Below are positions 26,263 to 41,200 of a stretch of 64,000 nucleotides of DNA, piece after piece. The notes below the pieces were generated by a model. The model saw only the letters and a program-made list of their open reading frames with translations. It ran no database searches and had not been told where the DNA came from. The position numbers were made by a program, and so were the translations under genes. The stretch covers positions 124,001 to 188,000 of the forward strand of contig JALMLS010000507.1 in assembly GCA_038496445.1 (NCBI GenBank). Direction: 5' to 3'. The number at the start of each line of letters is the position of its first letter. Position 1 is the first letter of the stretch. Origin of the DNA: Trichosphaerium sp. ATCC 40318 (Eukaryota > Protista > Tubulinea).

Positions 26263-26391
26263 TTTAATGCCTACAGTAGAGGTTCTATGAGTTTTAATCA
26301 AGTTTGGGCTTTGAGACTTTAAAAAGAAATGTGAAGAAATAGGTCACAAAAAAGTAAACCAATCAGTCGCGTATCTCTGTTAAAATTTAAT

Positions 26392-27089
26392 TTACTCTTT
26401 TATAAAGTGCGGATAGTGCGCTACAAGCTTAAATATAAGTGCATTAAAAAAATTGAAGGTGAACCACGTGATAAGGGCAATTAAAGGGCCTAACCAATAT
26501 CCATGCCTAAAAATTAGAGTCAGGGGTAGTGGCGCTATTGTAGGCTCACCTCTTCAATTTTAATACAATGCCCATTGCCGGTATTGCTGCCACAACTGCA
26601 GAACCATACTGTGCTATCCAAGCGGTCGCAGCTTGCATAAGTGAGCGATCACGTTTGTAGGTTTAATTAGTGTACCTGGTGCAACGCACCATGGGCATTT
26701 CGCTACGCCTGGGTGGTGGTCGTATATATTACAGTGTTTCACGCCGCCATCCCAAAGCCAAGTACAGCCACATTTAAACAGAAACCTAACAAAAGCGTTA
26801 ATCAAGTGATAATTAATAGCAGTCGCTGTATCAAAGCGCTTCGGAGCCATACCCGCAGTATGGAATCGTAAAGAGGTACGAAAAACCAAAAATTAATCCA
26901 CAAAGCACAATACAGTATATAACTTTGATTATCCACCTAACACGGTTGTTAAATAACGGTTCAAAGAGTAACTGACGTTTACTGTAGTTTTGTACTTCGA
27001 TTGGCCCTTTTTATTGGAGTGTTAGTTGATAAAAACGGCTCGACGTCATTGTCGTAACTCCCATCTACGCTGGGCTCTTGAACATGCAT
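26392..27089 (-). CDS. Small ~3-TM membrane protein with a Cys/Trp-rich loop (5 exons; mostly invisible in the ORF track)
   Basis: Hand-spliced open frame: MHVQEPS..KLQ|WIIKVIYCIVLCGLIFGFSYLFTIPYCG|FLFKCGCTWLWDGGVKHCNIYDHHPGVAKCPWCVAP|AATAWIAQYGSAVVAAIPAMGIVLKLKR|HGYWLGPLIALITWFTFNFFNALIFKLVAHYPHFIKE*. All four introns are GT-AG with consistent phases. Confidence 0.75.
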
Positions 27090-27195
27090 TATGTTCACTA
27101 CAGTCAATTTGAGTACTACGAGTTATTGGACATTTTTTATTGAACGATACATCATTCTTTTTCTTGCTCCTTAGAGCACCAAGTGCATTAACACT

Positions 27196-28869
27196 TTAAT
27201 CAAACATGCCGTTGAAGATTTCGTTCTCACCACCTTCGAGGACACGGCTGATAGGAAGCCAGTTTGGTCTACCTTCAGCACCGGACAAGTATGTTTGGGC
27301 GTATTGCAAACCTCCTTTACGTTCAGCGGAGGAAGCACCTTTACCAATCCATACGAAAACTTCTGAACCAGCATCAAAGACGAATACGTCTTTGGTGTCA
27401 AGGCTAGATCTCTTGATCTAAATATAAAGTGAGCATGTGAAGAGAAAGTGGCATTTTTTTTCAAATAACTAGATAGGGGGTACGCACTTGACCGGAAGCA
27501 ACTTCTTCGAATGTCATAGAACCAGAAGCATCAGAAAGTCTGAGGAGTTTTTTAGGAGCAGACAATTCTGGTGCGGTCTTGGCATCGACAGCCTCAGTTT
27601 GGATTTGGGAGGCATCACCTTCCAAGTGTCCGAGGAACTCATCAGAGTCGGAATCACCTTCTTCAACGACAGTGATGTCAACCTTTGAACCACGCTCATC
27701 ATCGATGGCACGTGTGAGGACAGCAGCCTTGTTCTTTTCGCCAGCAGAGGCTTTAGAACCGTTCCATTGGTACAATTTGAGACCCAAATCCAAGATGAAA
27801 ACATCTATTTAGTTATTTAGTAATTTAGCTTAAGTTATAATATCTGTTTGGTCTTACCATGGCAGTTCAATGAGGCAGAAGCGAGTGGAACTTGACGAAC
27901 AATTACTCTGTTCATTTTACCGTTGAACCAAAGGAGACGAGGTTTGTATTCCTTGGCTTCGACGTGTTTGAAACCGGAGTCAATACCACCGCTCATGATA
28001 CGGAGAGCCTTGAAGTAATCCAAAAAGGCGGCGGATTCGTGACCTTGAACTTCACGATGTTGAATTGGAGCGCCGCCGAGGACGTCATCAAGCTCAACAG
28101 TCTAAAAAAGTCAACAACTGACAAGATACAAAGTTCCAAAAGCGGGCTTGAAAGTCATGTAGAACACCGTACCTTGTAAGCAGCGGTACCAGCCTCGTCT
28201 TGGGTGGTGTATTTACCGAGCCAAAAGTGAACCTGAGATAAACGGTAAGAGTGGTGAACTTATAAGTATAAAACCGCTGTACGTACATCCCATTGGAGGG
28301 CATCACCCTTCTTGTATGTGTGGAGGATGATGTAACTGTCTCCATCGTAAAATTGACCGTGTTCGGTACGGTCGAGTTTACGGACGGTAAACTTTTCAAT
28401 TCTGAAGATGTCTAGACCTGGGACTTTACCGACACCGTGGAACTAGGAAGGCAGTTAACGATACCCGAAAAAAGAAAGTTTGAGATATAAACTGAGAGAT
28501 ACTCATTTGAATAAGGAGCGCGATCACGGAGTTTAAAACGAAAAAAAGAAGTTTGTTGGGCGAACTTTTGACAAGTCCGTGATCTGCAAGTGAGAACCTT
28601 TTTTGGTCTAAAAAATACGTACTGCGGTTTCACCCTTAGCGGCAGCGAGCTTTACGTTCTTTTCGAGCTCAGAACCTAACGAACTCGTAAGAATACACAA
28701 CAAAGTATTAAAAAACGGAACAGTGCACTAAAGGCACAAAAAAAAAAGTGATTGCGTCATTGTAACCGCAGATCAAGTGGATCAAAGTATCAAACCGTTA
28801 GTGTGTGACAAACGTACCGAGGTTAGCGATGTTAGAGTCAGCGACGTTGTATTCTTTTTGCTTGAGCAT
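27196..28869 (-). CDS. Severin/fragmin-type three-domain gelsolin-family actin-severing protein
   Basis: MLKQKEYNVADSNIANLG|SELEKNVKLAAAKGE; FRIEKF; GQFYDGDSYIILHTY; FWLGKYTTQDEAGTAAYK; QHREVQGHES; GGIDSGFKHV; VFILDLG; KLLRLSDASG; FVWIGKGAS; ends ENEIFNGMFD*. Codon usage is biased as in a highly expressed gene. Confidence 0.93.
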
Positions 28870-29209
28870 TTTAGAGGTGTTGTTCGTAGTTTGAAAAGCT
28901 TGGAGAACAAAAAGTCGGGTACGCTTAAATCGCGCAATAGTTAAGCAAGGTTTTTGAAAAACATTCCAACGAGTAGACGCTAGGCACCTTCAGGTGGTCG
29001 GCATCAGAACTGAATAATCAACGTAATAAAAGGGAGGGAAAAAGACAACATCCTGACGGTACGTTTACTGAGATTGTCGATTGCAATCACGCCACCAAAC
29101 CTCCCTTGGTTGTGGTGATGTTAACGCTCGTTTTTGTTTCCTGACTTGTTGAGAACGCTCAACTATTTGTCAGTTTGTTCTAAGTAGCTTTAGTTGAAAT
29201 AAAATAAAG

Positions 29210-32200
29210 ATGAGAAGGTTTTTGATCCTTCTGACACTCATCGCTCTGGGATCCGTAAACGCAGCAGGATCGAGCTCATCATGCTCTAAATTTGAACCAC
29301 TGCCTACGGATTTGAACGTACGCCGTTTACTAAACAAATTCATTTCAATCGATGAAACTTTTCAACGCGCTTTTCTTAATTCTTCCGAACCTGCTACTCG
29401 AAGTGCTTTTTGACTCTCCCAGTTGTTTAAGAGCTTCCTATAGCGGAAACGACCTTTTTTAAAATAAATACGTACTTTTTTGCTTATATAACCTCTAACT
29501 CGTGTAGTCGTACCCGGGATTCGCTAAATCAGGAGAAATACACCTCCACGCGAATTACCGCGTTAACTTTACTCGCACTTCAAATGATTTCATTAATTTT
29601 ACTCTAACTGATACTTCATACTTGCGTGCCACTTTGGCAGCTCACGAACTTGATATTGATTTGTTTCTACATAGTGATGACAACAATCACGTGGTAGTAC
29701 GTTATTTTTTAATTTGGAAGAAATATTTCGGAGCATAGAGTAACACTAGTGCACTATCTTCATTTATTGAAGAGTTAAAAGAATTTTTTTTTTTCAGTTG
29801 TGTTTGCACAACAAAAATTCTAAAGATCCTCATTAGGACAGCTCCTTTTCGTACAAACGTGAGGATACAATAGGCGTAGAAATACCTGCTGGTGATTATC
29901 ATTTTCAGATTAAGTACCTTGGTACGTTTTCTCCCCCACAGCCCCAAAAACTCCCCAAATCCCTCTAAATCATTTTTTAAGGTTCTCAGCATTCTAAAGA
30001 TGCCATTGCATGTCATACAGTCCTATTAGAGTTTGCTATTGTCCCAAAGGTTCGTAGTTTAAAGCAAATTGGTCTTTTTTTTGTTTTCACATAAAACGGT
30101 ACTTTATCAAGTTTTATTATTTACACGCGCATTTTAGGCTACTGTTGACACTCGTATCGGCTCATACCATTCTTGTCCTGCCTCTGGTACTTATTTGGGT
30201 AACTTTGGAGCTTCAACGTTTAAGCCGTTGGAAATTGGCAATCCTGTTGAATATGATACTGCCTTGGTTAACTCTGCCAGTTCATACAATGTCCTTACAC
30301 TCCCACACGACAAAAAGCATCATTCAGAAATCGTGACTGTTCAGAACTTCACCCTTTCAAGTTCTGATTTATGGGCATTTAAATTGTCTCTCGGCTACGA
30401 TTTTTTGACTGGCGGTACCCTGCGTTTCATTGTTGGACCTAGAGATAAAGTCCACAGCTGTTTTGTACGTGTTTTTCTTTCAAAAGTTGATTTTTTGTAA
30501 GGACCGGATTAATTCATACTATAAATTTGAGATTAACTGGAATTGTAGAGCAACGATTTCTCTGTGCTCTCAGACTGTATTTACAGTTCTGGACAGTTTA
30601 TGAACGGTCAAACAATCAACACTGCCCTCTCAAAAGGCAACTACTCTGTCCTATTCTACGACAACACTGGTAGAAAGTTCCCAGCTATGAACGGAACTTG
30701 TACTCCATTCCAATTGAGTTTAAGTATTCGCCCTATTGCAAATAACGAGAACTACCTTACTTGCAATGGTAAGTCTTTTTAATAGTCTTTCTCTATGACC
30801 TTTGCTAACATGCTTTGTAGCTCAATTTTTCCCTTCGAATTTGAAGGACGAAGGATACCTCAGAGATGAGTTTTTCTTGCACTACCGTGAAAATGTGTTT
30901 GTTGATATTAACGATGCCAAACAACACTCCATCTCTTTCGCTACACGCTCCTCTAGCTTTTTCCGTGCTGTAGTAACTCAACCACGCCTTGATTTAAGAT
31001 TAGAACTCGTCAATGCTGATGACGGTACTGGTACGTGGCTTCTTGTTTTTTTGCTTTTGCAGAGTCTGGTTTTTGGTTCTGACTGTTTTTTTGTAGTTAT
31101 CAAATACAGTGATCGTCCAGAAGCTAGTTCTGAAGTCATCGAAGCTGATATTGCAGCTAATCAACAATATAACCTCACAGTCAAATTTGTTGGTTCACCA
31201 TCAGCTGTTGTATTTTGTGAAACTCTTTTGTTGGAGATTGCTATGATGCCATCTTTTGTTGTTAGCCATTTAGACCTTTGTGCTGCTGATAAAGTTCAAG
31301 TGCGTTTCTACTCTTTGGTTGGTTTACTAGTACTTACTTCATCTATTAGAAACGTCCAGCTGTTGACACAATTCCAGAAGTTGTATCATCAAACTTTGTT
31401 CTTGCAGACGAAGGTCCATACTTTGAGAATTTAGATCGCGTACGATAGCTTTTTTGTTGTATTGTAATTTTTTTTTCTGTTCTTATTGGTGTTTAGAACG
31501 ATGCTGGTCCAAAGGTTGTTGTCAGTAAAAACTTTACTGTCAATGCTACAGCAACACTCAAGGCTTCTCTTGGCGCTAACTTCCTTTTGGGAGACATGGA
31601 TTTCTACATTGTTGAGGTAACTTGTTTGAAATAGTCTGTGTGTTCCTTTTTTTTCTTACTTCCATTTGTAGCCAGATAACAGCCATCCTTGGCCTGCTGT
31701 TCGCGGCCGTAACTACAATGTTTTGGAAGCTACTCTAGAACCTGGTACAACCTACACATTGGTTATCAGTACTGGTGATAAGAGCGACCCAAAGGCTTTC
31801 TTGGGATGCTTGGAATATTCTTTTGAACTTTCTATTACATTTGAAACACACAAAGCCTGCATTGCAAGAAGGTTGCCTTCAAGTTTTAATGGACCTGAGT
31901 ACTTGGGTACCTCCACCTTGGTATGCGAGAATTCTTGATTTTTATCTGCTTTTTGTTGTTTTCTTCCTTGGTTTCTTCCTTGTGTTACCTTGATACTTAC
32001 AACATGTTAGATGCATATTCAAGAGCGTATTCAGATACCTCAGAAACCTCAGTTTGACCCATTCGGCTCTGAAACAGTAACTTTTACTCCTCCTTTGGAT
32101 TCGTTACTTCGTGTCTACACTGAACCTCATCAAATCGATATTGATTTCCATGTGTTGGAAGGTAGCAATCAAATTGCTTCCGGTATCAAAACATTCAAAG

Positions 32201-35200
32201 AAGAGGTATGTGGCGCTGGGTTTCGCCTTTTTCTGATGTTTGTTTGTTTGTTCTTATACTTGTTTGTTTAGTCTGTAGTTGTTGAGCTTAAAGCTGGTCA
32301 CAACTATACCTTACAAGTACTCTACTTTTACCACAGTCATGATGAGTACTGCGACGATTTTAACCTCGAAGTCGCTATTGTGCCAAAATCTTACGATAGC
32401 AACCACGCACTTGCTGCTTGTACTGATGGTTTGCCAGACGAAAGTTTCTTGCAAGGCATAGATGCACTTGAACTCTTTTTCAACAAGGTACTGCGCTATT
32501 AGTTTTTATCTCGTTTTGTTCTTTAAATATCTCTGACTGTTGTTTTATAGAGCTCTACCTTCTCTATCCGTCAGAATGGAACAGAAAAAGAGTTCCTTCA
32601 TGCAGTTCCGTTCACTTTGACTCAACCAAGACTCATCAGAGCTCAATTGTTCTATGATTTCATTTGGGAAGATTTGGTTGTTCGTATTCGTTCAACTACC
32701 AATGAAGATCAAGTATACTCCGGTGTCAATGATTACAACAAGAATGAGATCCCACCTACCATTGTTCCTGAGGGTAGTTACATGTTGGAAATCTACGAGC
32801 CTAAAAAGCGTGTTGATGTACCAGAACGTTGTATTACCTTCCACTTGGTTATTGGATCTAAAGACGTACGTTAGATTGTTTTTGTAGATCAGCTTTTTAC
32901 GTTTTTTTCAATCCTTTTTTTTGGCCCTTAATACTGACACGTCTCAGGCTGCTCCTGTAGAAGAAAGTTTCTGTACAGGACAACAATTGCCGTTATCATT
33001 TTCTGATATCGCTTTTGTATCTGACTTTAATGGGGATATGTTCAGTCACGCAAGAGAAATTGAGATTGACCCACAAGATGAGACCCATAAAGTAAAGATT
33101 TCTGTTGTTCATGGAGACCAAATGTTCCGCGCATTTGTTCATTCTCCTTTGGAGACTGTAGGCCTCAACTTTGAACTTAAGGACGAGGATGACTTTGGTG
33201 CTACTCCAGTCATGTCCACTAGTGATGGTGAAGTTATTCATTTGTTGGGTAACGTCGCATCAGAGAAAGAATACAGTTTCAAGCAATATGTATCTGCTGT
33301 ACCAGGCCGAGTAATTGCTCCTTGCTCTACATACAAAGCTCAACTCGCAGCAATGCCATGGGACTACATCACATCTAATATCGCCACAGACACCATCTGC
33401 ACACAGGTACAGTTCTTATCTTCCGTGTTACAACAGAAACTGACTATTTCTCTTAGACTCTACCTTCTGATATCCAACCGAATTCTCGTAAGGTTCAAGC
33501 AACATACAACCGCGTCTTGGGAGCCAAATTCACCCACAATATTACTTTCACATTGACTGATACTGCGTACTTTTCGTACGAGTTACGTTACCCATTCCCT
33601 GTTATCAGCATGTGGTTCACTCTCAGTGGTGTCGTTGTTGATCCTGATACATCAATTTCTGTAACACGTCATTACACTCCAGTCATTGGTAGGGATACTA
33701 CATTCTTGGAAGCTGTACGTTAATCGTTTGATAATAATCTATAAATTAGTCTGACAATGTTTTATAGGAGCTATCATCTGGTACATACACTTTGACCATC
33801 TCTGATTATGGTGATTACTCTGCTATTACTGCTTTGAGCGGCAAGTGTGTCAGTTTCTCCGAAGAGTACACTCTCGCCAAGGGAGATATTGAAATCCCTG
33901 TTTGCGGTGATGTAAGTCGACTTGTAGTACCTTAATTTTTTTTTACTTACGAGGTGTGTTTAGAAATTGCCAACTACTATGTCTTCTGATGAGGCTCGCC
34001 CATTTGGAGGTCCACAAAATAGTGATGGTACTGTACACTTTTATGGTACACACTTCGATTTGCCTGCAAGACATGCAAAGCGTTTCTTGAAATACAAAAT
34101 CTCCGAACCTAGTTTCATTCGTGTCTGGTTGTTGCCTAGCAGCACTCACGATGACGTTGACTTGAAGGTCTACAAGCACACAAACTTGGTATGTGCACCA
34201 ATGTTCGCTATCATGCGTTGTAACTAAAACTCTCTTCTAGACCGGCATTGTACCAAATTTTGGTGGTTACGGTTGGGACCAATGGGAGAGCACAAACTTG
34301 ACTCCTTTGGAGGCACAAGATGAAGAGTACACGCTTGAATTATATGTATTCAAACGTGAGAAGGAAACTGAATGTGGTACCTTTGCTATGCAATTGGGTA
34401 CGTCTTGTTAAAGCAATAGCTAGCTGTAATTCAATTATACTCACTTTAATCGTTTAGTTATCGAAACAAACGAGACAGTGTACAACCAATTGGCTTGTCC
34501 TGTTCCTCTTCCAGATGTTTTGAATCCACCTAGTGAAATTCAATTCCCTCGCTTTGCTACACAAACAGCACTTGTCAGTGACTTTTATCACATCAAGAGC
34601 TTTGTTGATCAACATAAGCTTGGTTCTACTGTTAGAGAAGAGATAACCTTGAATATTGAGGGTTACTACAACTTCTTTGCTGAAATCCATTATGACTTTT
34701 TGACTACTGATTTCCACTTGGAATTGTACAACAAGACTGTCAATGGAGCAAAGGATCTCAACATTAGATCTGAAGCAGGTATGACATTGGTAAAGTCAGA
34801 AACCCTTTGTTAATCTTTTTCGTTCTGTAGGTCCTGAAGAAAATGCTGGATGGGCTAATTTTGAATCTGCACTTTCTGGTGGTATCAGACTTGCCAATGG
34901 CACTTACACCTTGGCTATTGTGAACAACTTGAAAAGGAATGACGAGTTAGTGGTTGACAATTACTGTCATCGCTTCCACTTGAACGTAAGAGGTGACCCT
35001 GTAAGCAGTACTCATCCTGTATACTACGTGGTACGTTTTACGTTTTGTATTTGATGATCTGAAAACTGCGCTATATTTTATTGTTTACCGCTTATGCAAT
35101 CTCTAGGTACCTTCAGAAGGTCATGATGTTTCTACAACTGAGCCTCTACACATTGATGTTCAATTCAGTCACCCAATTAACCTCCCTACTACTCCTGAAG

Positions 35201-38200
35201 AAGTTCTAGCAGAGATCAATGCTAAACACTCATTCTACCTTCGCTCTACTGAAACACTCTCAAAGGTTATTGAACCTTCGAGAGCTTCACTTACAGCCAA
35301 CAAAATGGTTCTAACCTTGATTTTCCCTCACGAGGAATTCCTCCAAGGAGAGGTATTCTTAAAACGAACGAAAAGTATTTTGTTGCTAATATTTTTTGTT
35401 CTAGTCATTTGAGTTTTTGGTGAACACCACAATTACTACAACAGAAGGACAAACATACGGTGAAGATACCGGTAGCCATATGTTCCATATGATCGATTGT
35501 CAATGCAGCGGTCACGGTCAATGTACGTTAAGAGCGAGTTTATTGAGCTAAACCATTTTTCTAGGTGATGTTGGTCATATTTTCAAGTGTAACTGTAATA
35601 TTGGTTACAGTGGTGACAATTGTGATAGTTGTGACCAAGGCTACCACCGTCAAGGTCATGATTGTATTGCAAACAGAGAATGTGAAAGTGATGCTAATAA
35701 CACAATTTGTCACGGCCATGGTGTCTGCACAGCAAAGTACGCTTTAACAATTTTATTGTCTAAAGAGTTGGTGTTTTCTGACGAATTATTTTAAGACTTG
35801 GTTACCCTGAATGCGCTTGCGATGAAGGTTGGACCTCTAGTGATGCTGGTTACTGTAGCGTCTGTGCTGAAGGATATGACGGAGTTTCGTGCATGTACGT
35901 TATTGCGGAAATCATGATTTTTGTTGGCTTTTCGGTTTTTTGAAACGAAGCTTTTTAGACTTTGTATTTGACTCTTTTTTAGACGTGTTGCTCCTGAAGA
36001 GCAATGTGATGGTATGGGTTACCTACCTGAAGACTTGAACAGTATTGCATACTTGGGATGGGGTGGAGAGTTACACATTCAAGATAACTTCTACATCGAT
36101 CTTAAGAATCATAACCACGAAATGCGCTTTACCTTGTTCACAGATAGTGTATTCAGAATATATGTCGAGCCTCACAAGAGTACGCATATTTTCTGATGCT
36201 TTAAACTATGTTAAGCCTTGTTGTGATCAAAAGGGCCTTTTGGTTTTTGATACGATTTTTTTCGTTTACTCACTTGTTTTTGCAGTTGATGTTGATCTTA
36301 TGATCTATAAAATCGTTGGTGATACCAAGCAACTTATCAAGGCCCGTATTAAGTTCAACGACGAGGAAGTATACTTTGCAACACTCCCTGGTTCTATTGC
36401 TGGTACCCAATATAAGATTGAGTTCAACTACATTACATACAATGTTGCAACATGGAGTTGTGAATCATTCAACATGGAGCTCGCTATTCAGAAGAAATCA
36501 GAGCTAAAGATTGAAACCACAGAGTCTAATAAACTATGTGGTACAGCTAAAGCAGCGCCTCAAGTTACAGTAGGAGGGTAAGCCTTAGAAAAACCCAAAA
36601 ATGTTTTTGTAGTGTTACTATTTACTAACTTGTTTTTTTTTTTGTAGAACTGATTCTACTACTACGTTTGTTATTCCAGATCAAGGTTTTGCTTTTGATA
36701 CAAAAGAAGTATATGCTGCGCCTTCCCTTGCTACTGATAAGGGTGCTGATAAGCCTGTTCAATTGTACAACTTTACCTTTATGGTTAAGAAGGTCAAGCA
36801 TGTCCTTTTCCTTGATGTTGAAGCAACATACCGCTTTTTGGCTGGAGACGTAGCAATGAAGTACGAATACACTTACATCTCTTTTTTTTTTTTGAGAATT
36901 TCTTTTTGTACCCTGACTTACTGTAATATTTAAGGCTCGTTGATGATAGTGGTGAAGAGGTTATTACTGGTTACAATGAGTATAATACGCATCGCATCAA
37001 GCAAGAGCTTTTCCCTGGAATCTACTCCCTTATTGTCTATCAACCAACACACCAAGATCATGATATCTCATTGTACGCTAAGTTCTTTTATTTTATACTT
37101 TGATTTTTAGAAGCCATGCAGTTATTGTTGACACTCTTAATTTTTTAGATGTGCACCTTACACCTTAGCTATTAATGCTGAGTACAAGAATCAAGATGAG
37201 ACTGTGTTCAACTGTGACCGTCCTACGTTGCCAGAAAGCCTAAATGGACCTGGATTTATCAACAGCGATGGATACACTCACATTTGGGATAAATTCCGCA
37301 TTGTTGAGCAACAACAGGAAGTCAAATTTACTTTGACAAAACCAAAGAGTTTGGTTAGGATTGTTGTAGCTTCCGAGCATGCTGTCATACTTAAACTAAC
37401 TGCTGTACGCCGCCACAACTTTAGTTCTTTTTTGGTGTTTTCCGTATCTGACAGTTTTTATAGCCTGGATATCCTACTTTGCGTCTTGTTACTACTCAAG
37501 GAAATGGTGAACCAGCTGAGATGCTTGAGGAACTTGAAGCAAATCACACTTACAGTATCACTGTAACATTCCAAGATATCAAGCTCCAAGGTACTTTACA
37601 AGAAGCTGCGAGCAAAATTGTTTTTTTTTTCTTGTTACTAATTTTTTGTTTAAGATGAGTTCTGTCCTGAAATGACCTTTGAGATGGCTGTATCACCTCT
37701 TGACCCTGACTACTTTATATCTGCTCCTTGCCCAACGAATATTGTTGATAAACTACCTTCAAGAAGTATCTTTGATGGTATCTCGTATGGTACCAACAAG
37801 TACTTTAACGGCACTGAAACTGTGGAATACTATACATTCATTAAAAGTACTACTTTTTTCATAATTAGCAAATCATCATTATCTTAACTATTTTTTTCTA
37901 CTAGGTCCTCAAATCAAGGAATATACCTTTAGCACTACTGGTAGCAATATGGCCTTCGAATTTGGTATTGGTAGCGACTTCTTGACAAGCAATTTCCGTG
38001 CTGAGCTCTACAGTGTCAACCCTGAGAACGCTACTGATAGTACGTTTGATTTTTATATTTTCTTTGAGGTTTGGATGATATTAACTTTTTTTGATTAGTT
38101 TCTATTGAGTCATACGGTGTTGCTATGTACAATTACAACTACTTGTCTGCAATTTTGTCCCCTGGTAGAACGTACATGTTAAGAATAACTCAATTTGATC

Positions 38201-41200
38201 ATCATGTATTCGGTAATCCAGTTCTTCCTCGGTACGACGCTCTTGTTGTTGTACTTCTTTTGCTTATTTTCTTTTTAACTTTAGATGCGGACATATGTCA
38301 TTCTTGATGAATACATACACCACAAGCGACTGGAAGAGTCCAAAATGTCCTGGTGAAGATGCTGTTGAAATACCAAAGACCCTTGATACTATCAGATACA
38401 TGAAGGGCAGCAAACGCTCAACCGTACCACTAAGGTATTTTTTTGTTGTTTAGTTTTTTTTTTGTTGAGCGATTACCTTTGTACTGAATCAACTACTAGA
38501 TTATATGTACCTGACGGTGTTGATCAAGCTGCTTTGACTACACGTCAAATCGAATTCAGCGTAAAGACGGTATCTGTCATTCGTGTCTTTGTTGATAGAT
38601 CTACTGTTGATATTGATGTATCTCTCACTCAAAACGGAACTAGAATCGCTAGTGGTAGAAACTTGTACGATGAAGAATCTTTCGTTGCAAAGATTTCTCC
38701 TGGTTATGAGTACAAAATCGTTCTTAAGTTCTGGCATCTTGATTCTAGCACTGTTGATCCTTGCAGTGCTTTCTCAATGGTTGTTGCTGTTCTGCCACTA
38801 CCTGTTTCCAATAGATACTTGCCTACTAGCTGCTCTCCAACTCCTGCTCACTTCCCAGAAGTCAAGGCACAACCTCTTCTTGGTAGAAAGACCTTGAGCA
38901 TCTATAACTACGCTAGGTACTTGCCACTACCTTACATTTTTGTTTTTGTGTACACTGAAAGCTTCAAGTTGCTGACTTTTTTTTAAGTGATAAATCTTAC
39001 TTTCCACAAGTTGAGACTCCACTTGCCAAGGAATACTCTGTTAGCTTCCAAACTTCTTTCAACCTTTATGTTGCTGTCGGTTATGACTTTTTAACCAGTG
39101 ACTTGTTCATCAAGTTGAAAAAGAAAGGTACGTAGTTAATAGTGCTCTTCAAAAAAGATGGTTACTAACTTTATAATTTAGAGAGCGATAATGAAGTTTA
39201 CTTTGGTAGAAATACTCTCACAAGTAATATCCTTACTGTCAAGGGATTGGCTGCTGGCGATTATACCCTTGGTATCTATGAAGCCGCTGCAAACATCCCA
39301 GAGATTCGTGGATGTGTACACTTCCGTCTTGAGATGAGCGTGGAACCTTATGACGCTAATGGACGTACTCTTGTTACACAACCTAAGATTCCAACCAACC
39401 TCAATGTGTTGCCTTATCTCGACTTTACTGAGAGGCTTCATGTTGTGTCTGACTACATCACATGGGAAAATGGTGAAAGAACATCAAAGATTAAGTTCAA
39501 ACTTCCAAGTCCACCTGAAGTTATTAGGTTCGTATTTTTTTGATTTGACACTGTTTCTTTGGGTTAATGTTCTCTTTCTAGAGTTGCTATGGTACCATAC
39601 CAAGCTCCTGGTAAATTGCATGTTGTTGCTATTGTTAATGATACGAACAACCACTTCATTTACTTCACTGCTGGCAATGATGTCGTACGAGAGATATTCT
39701 TTTATTTCTTTTTTTATTCGCTATTTTCTTTGTTAACATTTATTTTTTAGCTTACAACAGGTCGTACTGAGATCTCTATGGCTCCTGAGAACTATGTTAT
39801 TGATACCATCAGTAAATTGGAAAGCCAAAAATCATGTAGCCAACGTACAACTTCTGATAAGATAGATCCAATCCATCTTTCACCTCAAGGCGTACGTACT
39901 GTTTCGCATTACGGTTTTCGTGTAAAACAATTTCTATTTGTGTCTACCATGATGAGTAGCTTCTCGATCTAGACTACTTGACATTATTGTCTTGTGGCAG
40001 TGAGATAACGCATTGGCCCTGATTATGACACAGTTTTATTATTTTTGTTTTGTTTCTTTGCGAAAAAATTACAATACAATCGTTGATTAACTTGTGACCT
40101 AGTACTACACATACTCACACAAGACTTTGATTCTAAGCAAGGCTGATGCCGAAAAGAATCCAGAACCAAATGAGGTTTGGGTGACTATTCAGTCGTTACC
40201 ATTCACTCTAGAACAATCAAGTGTTTTCTTTGCTAAGATTGGATATGAGTTCTTACTTGGTGAATTCCAACTATCTCTTCATGGTGGTCAGTTACCTGAT
40301 GACGTTATTGGAAGAAATGGATGGAACACAAACACAATCAACACGGTACGACAGCAACCCATGTTTGGAAACAAAAACCTACCATGATTTTTTTCTGATT
40401 TTTTTTAGATTATTCCAGCTGGCGAATACATTTTGGATATTAACTTACAATATGACTTGCACACAAGAGATATTAGTTACTGTCCTGAGTTCTTCTTTGC
40501 TTTGACAATTAGTGGTTCTGAAGGAAGAGGTACGATTTTGTCTGCTTTTTGTTTGAGTTTTGTATATTGACTCGTTTTTAGCCTGTACCGCATTTAACCA
40601 AGAAATCTTACCTTGGGATCTCTTTGACGGCAGCACTGCTCATTCTGAAAAGTTTGGCGGACCTGTAATCGATGGCTTTGTTCATATTCATGGACCTAGC
40701 TTTGCTTTGCCACAACGTGGTAATGAGTACCTCACACAACAGATCTTGTTCAATGCCCGTTCACCTAGCATATTTACAGCCTTGACTTCGCTTCATAAGG
40801 TTTACGGAAACTTTGAGCATAAAATCATTTCTCACAATGCTACTGGCGGTGTTGAGGTCATTCAACCTGTCACTACAACTACTGCTCACTACCAACGTTT
40901 GTCTATCTTCTACTTAGAACCGAACGGAAACAAGAATTACACCTTGGAACTCGTTCCAGTACGTTGGCGTTTTCCTATTTTTGTTTTTTGATTTTTGCCC
41001 TTTTTACGAGGGATAGTATGCTGACTTTCTTTCTTAGACGACCCATGCTAATAGACCACGTCCTTGTCCTTACTTTGCCATGGATCTAATGCTTGAGAGT
41101 GTATTTAGAGTAGATTTTGAAATGTGTAAGGATCAACCAGCTAATTCTAAACTTCCACTTCAACAGCTCACTGTACGCTCTTTATTATTTTATTTGAGAC

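Noticed and set aside
27045-27135. Apparent hairpin ending in ACA (H/ACA-like RNA)
   Set aside because: About half of it overlaps the first coding exon of the small membrane protein on the minus strand. The pairing is imperfect and there is no H box support.
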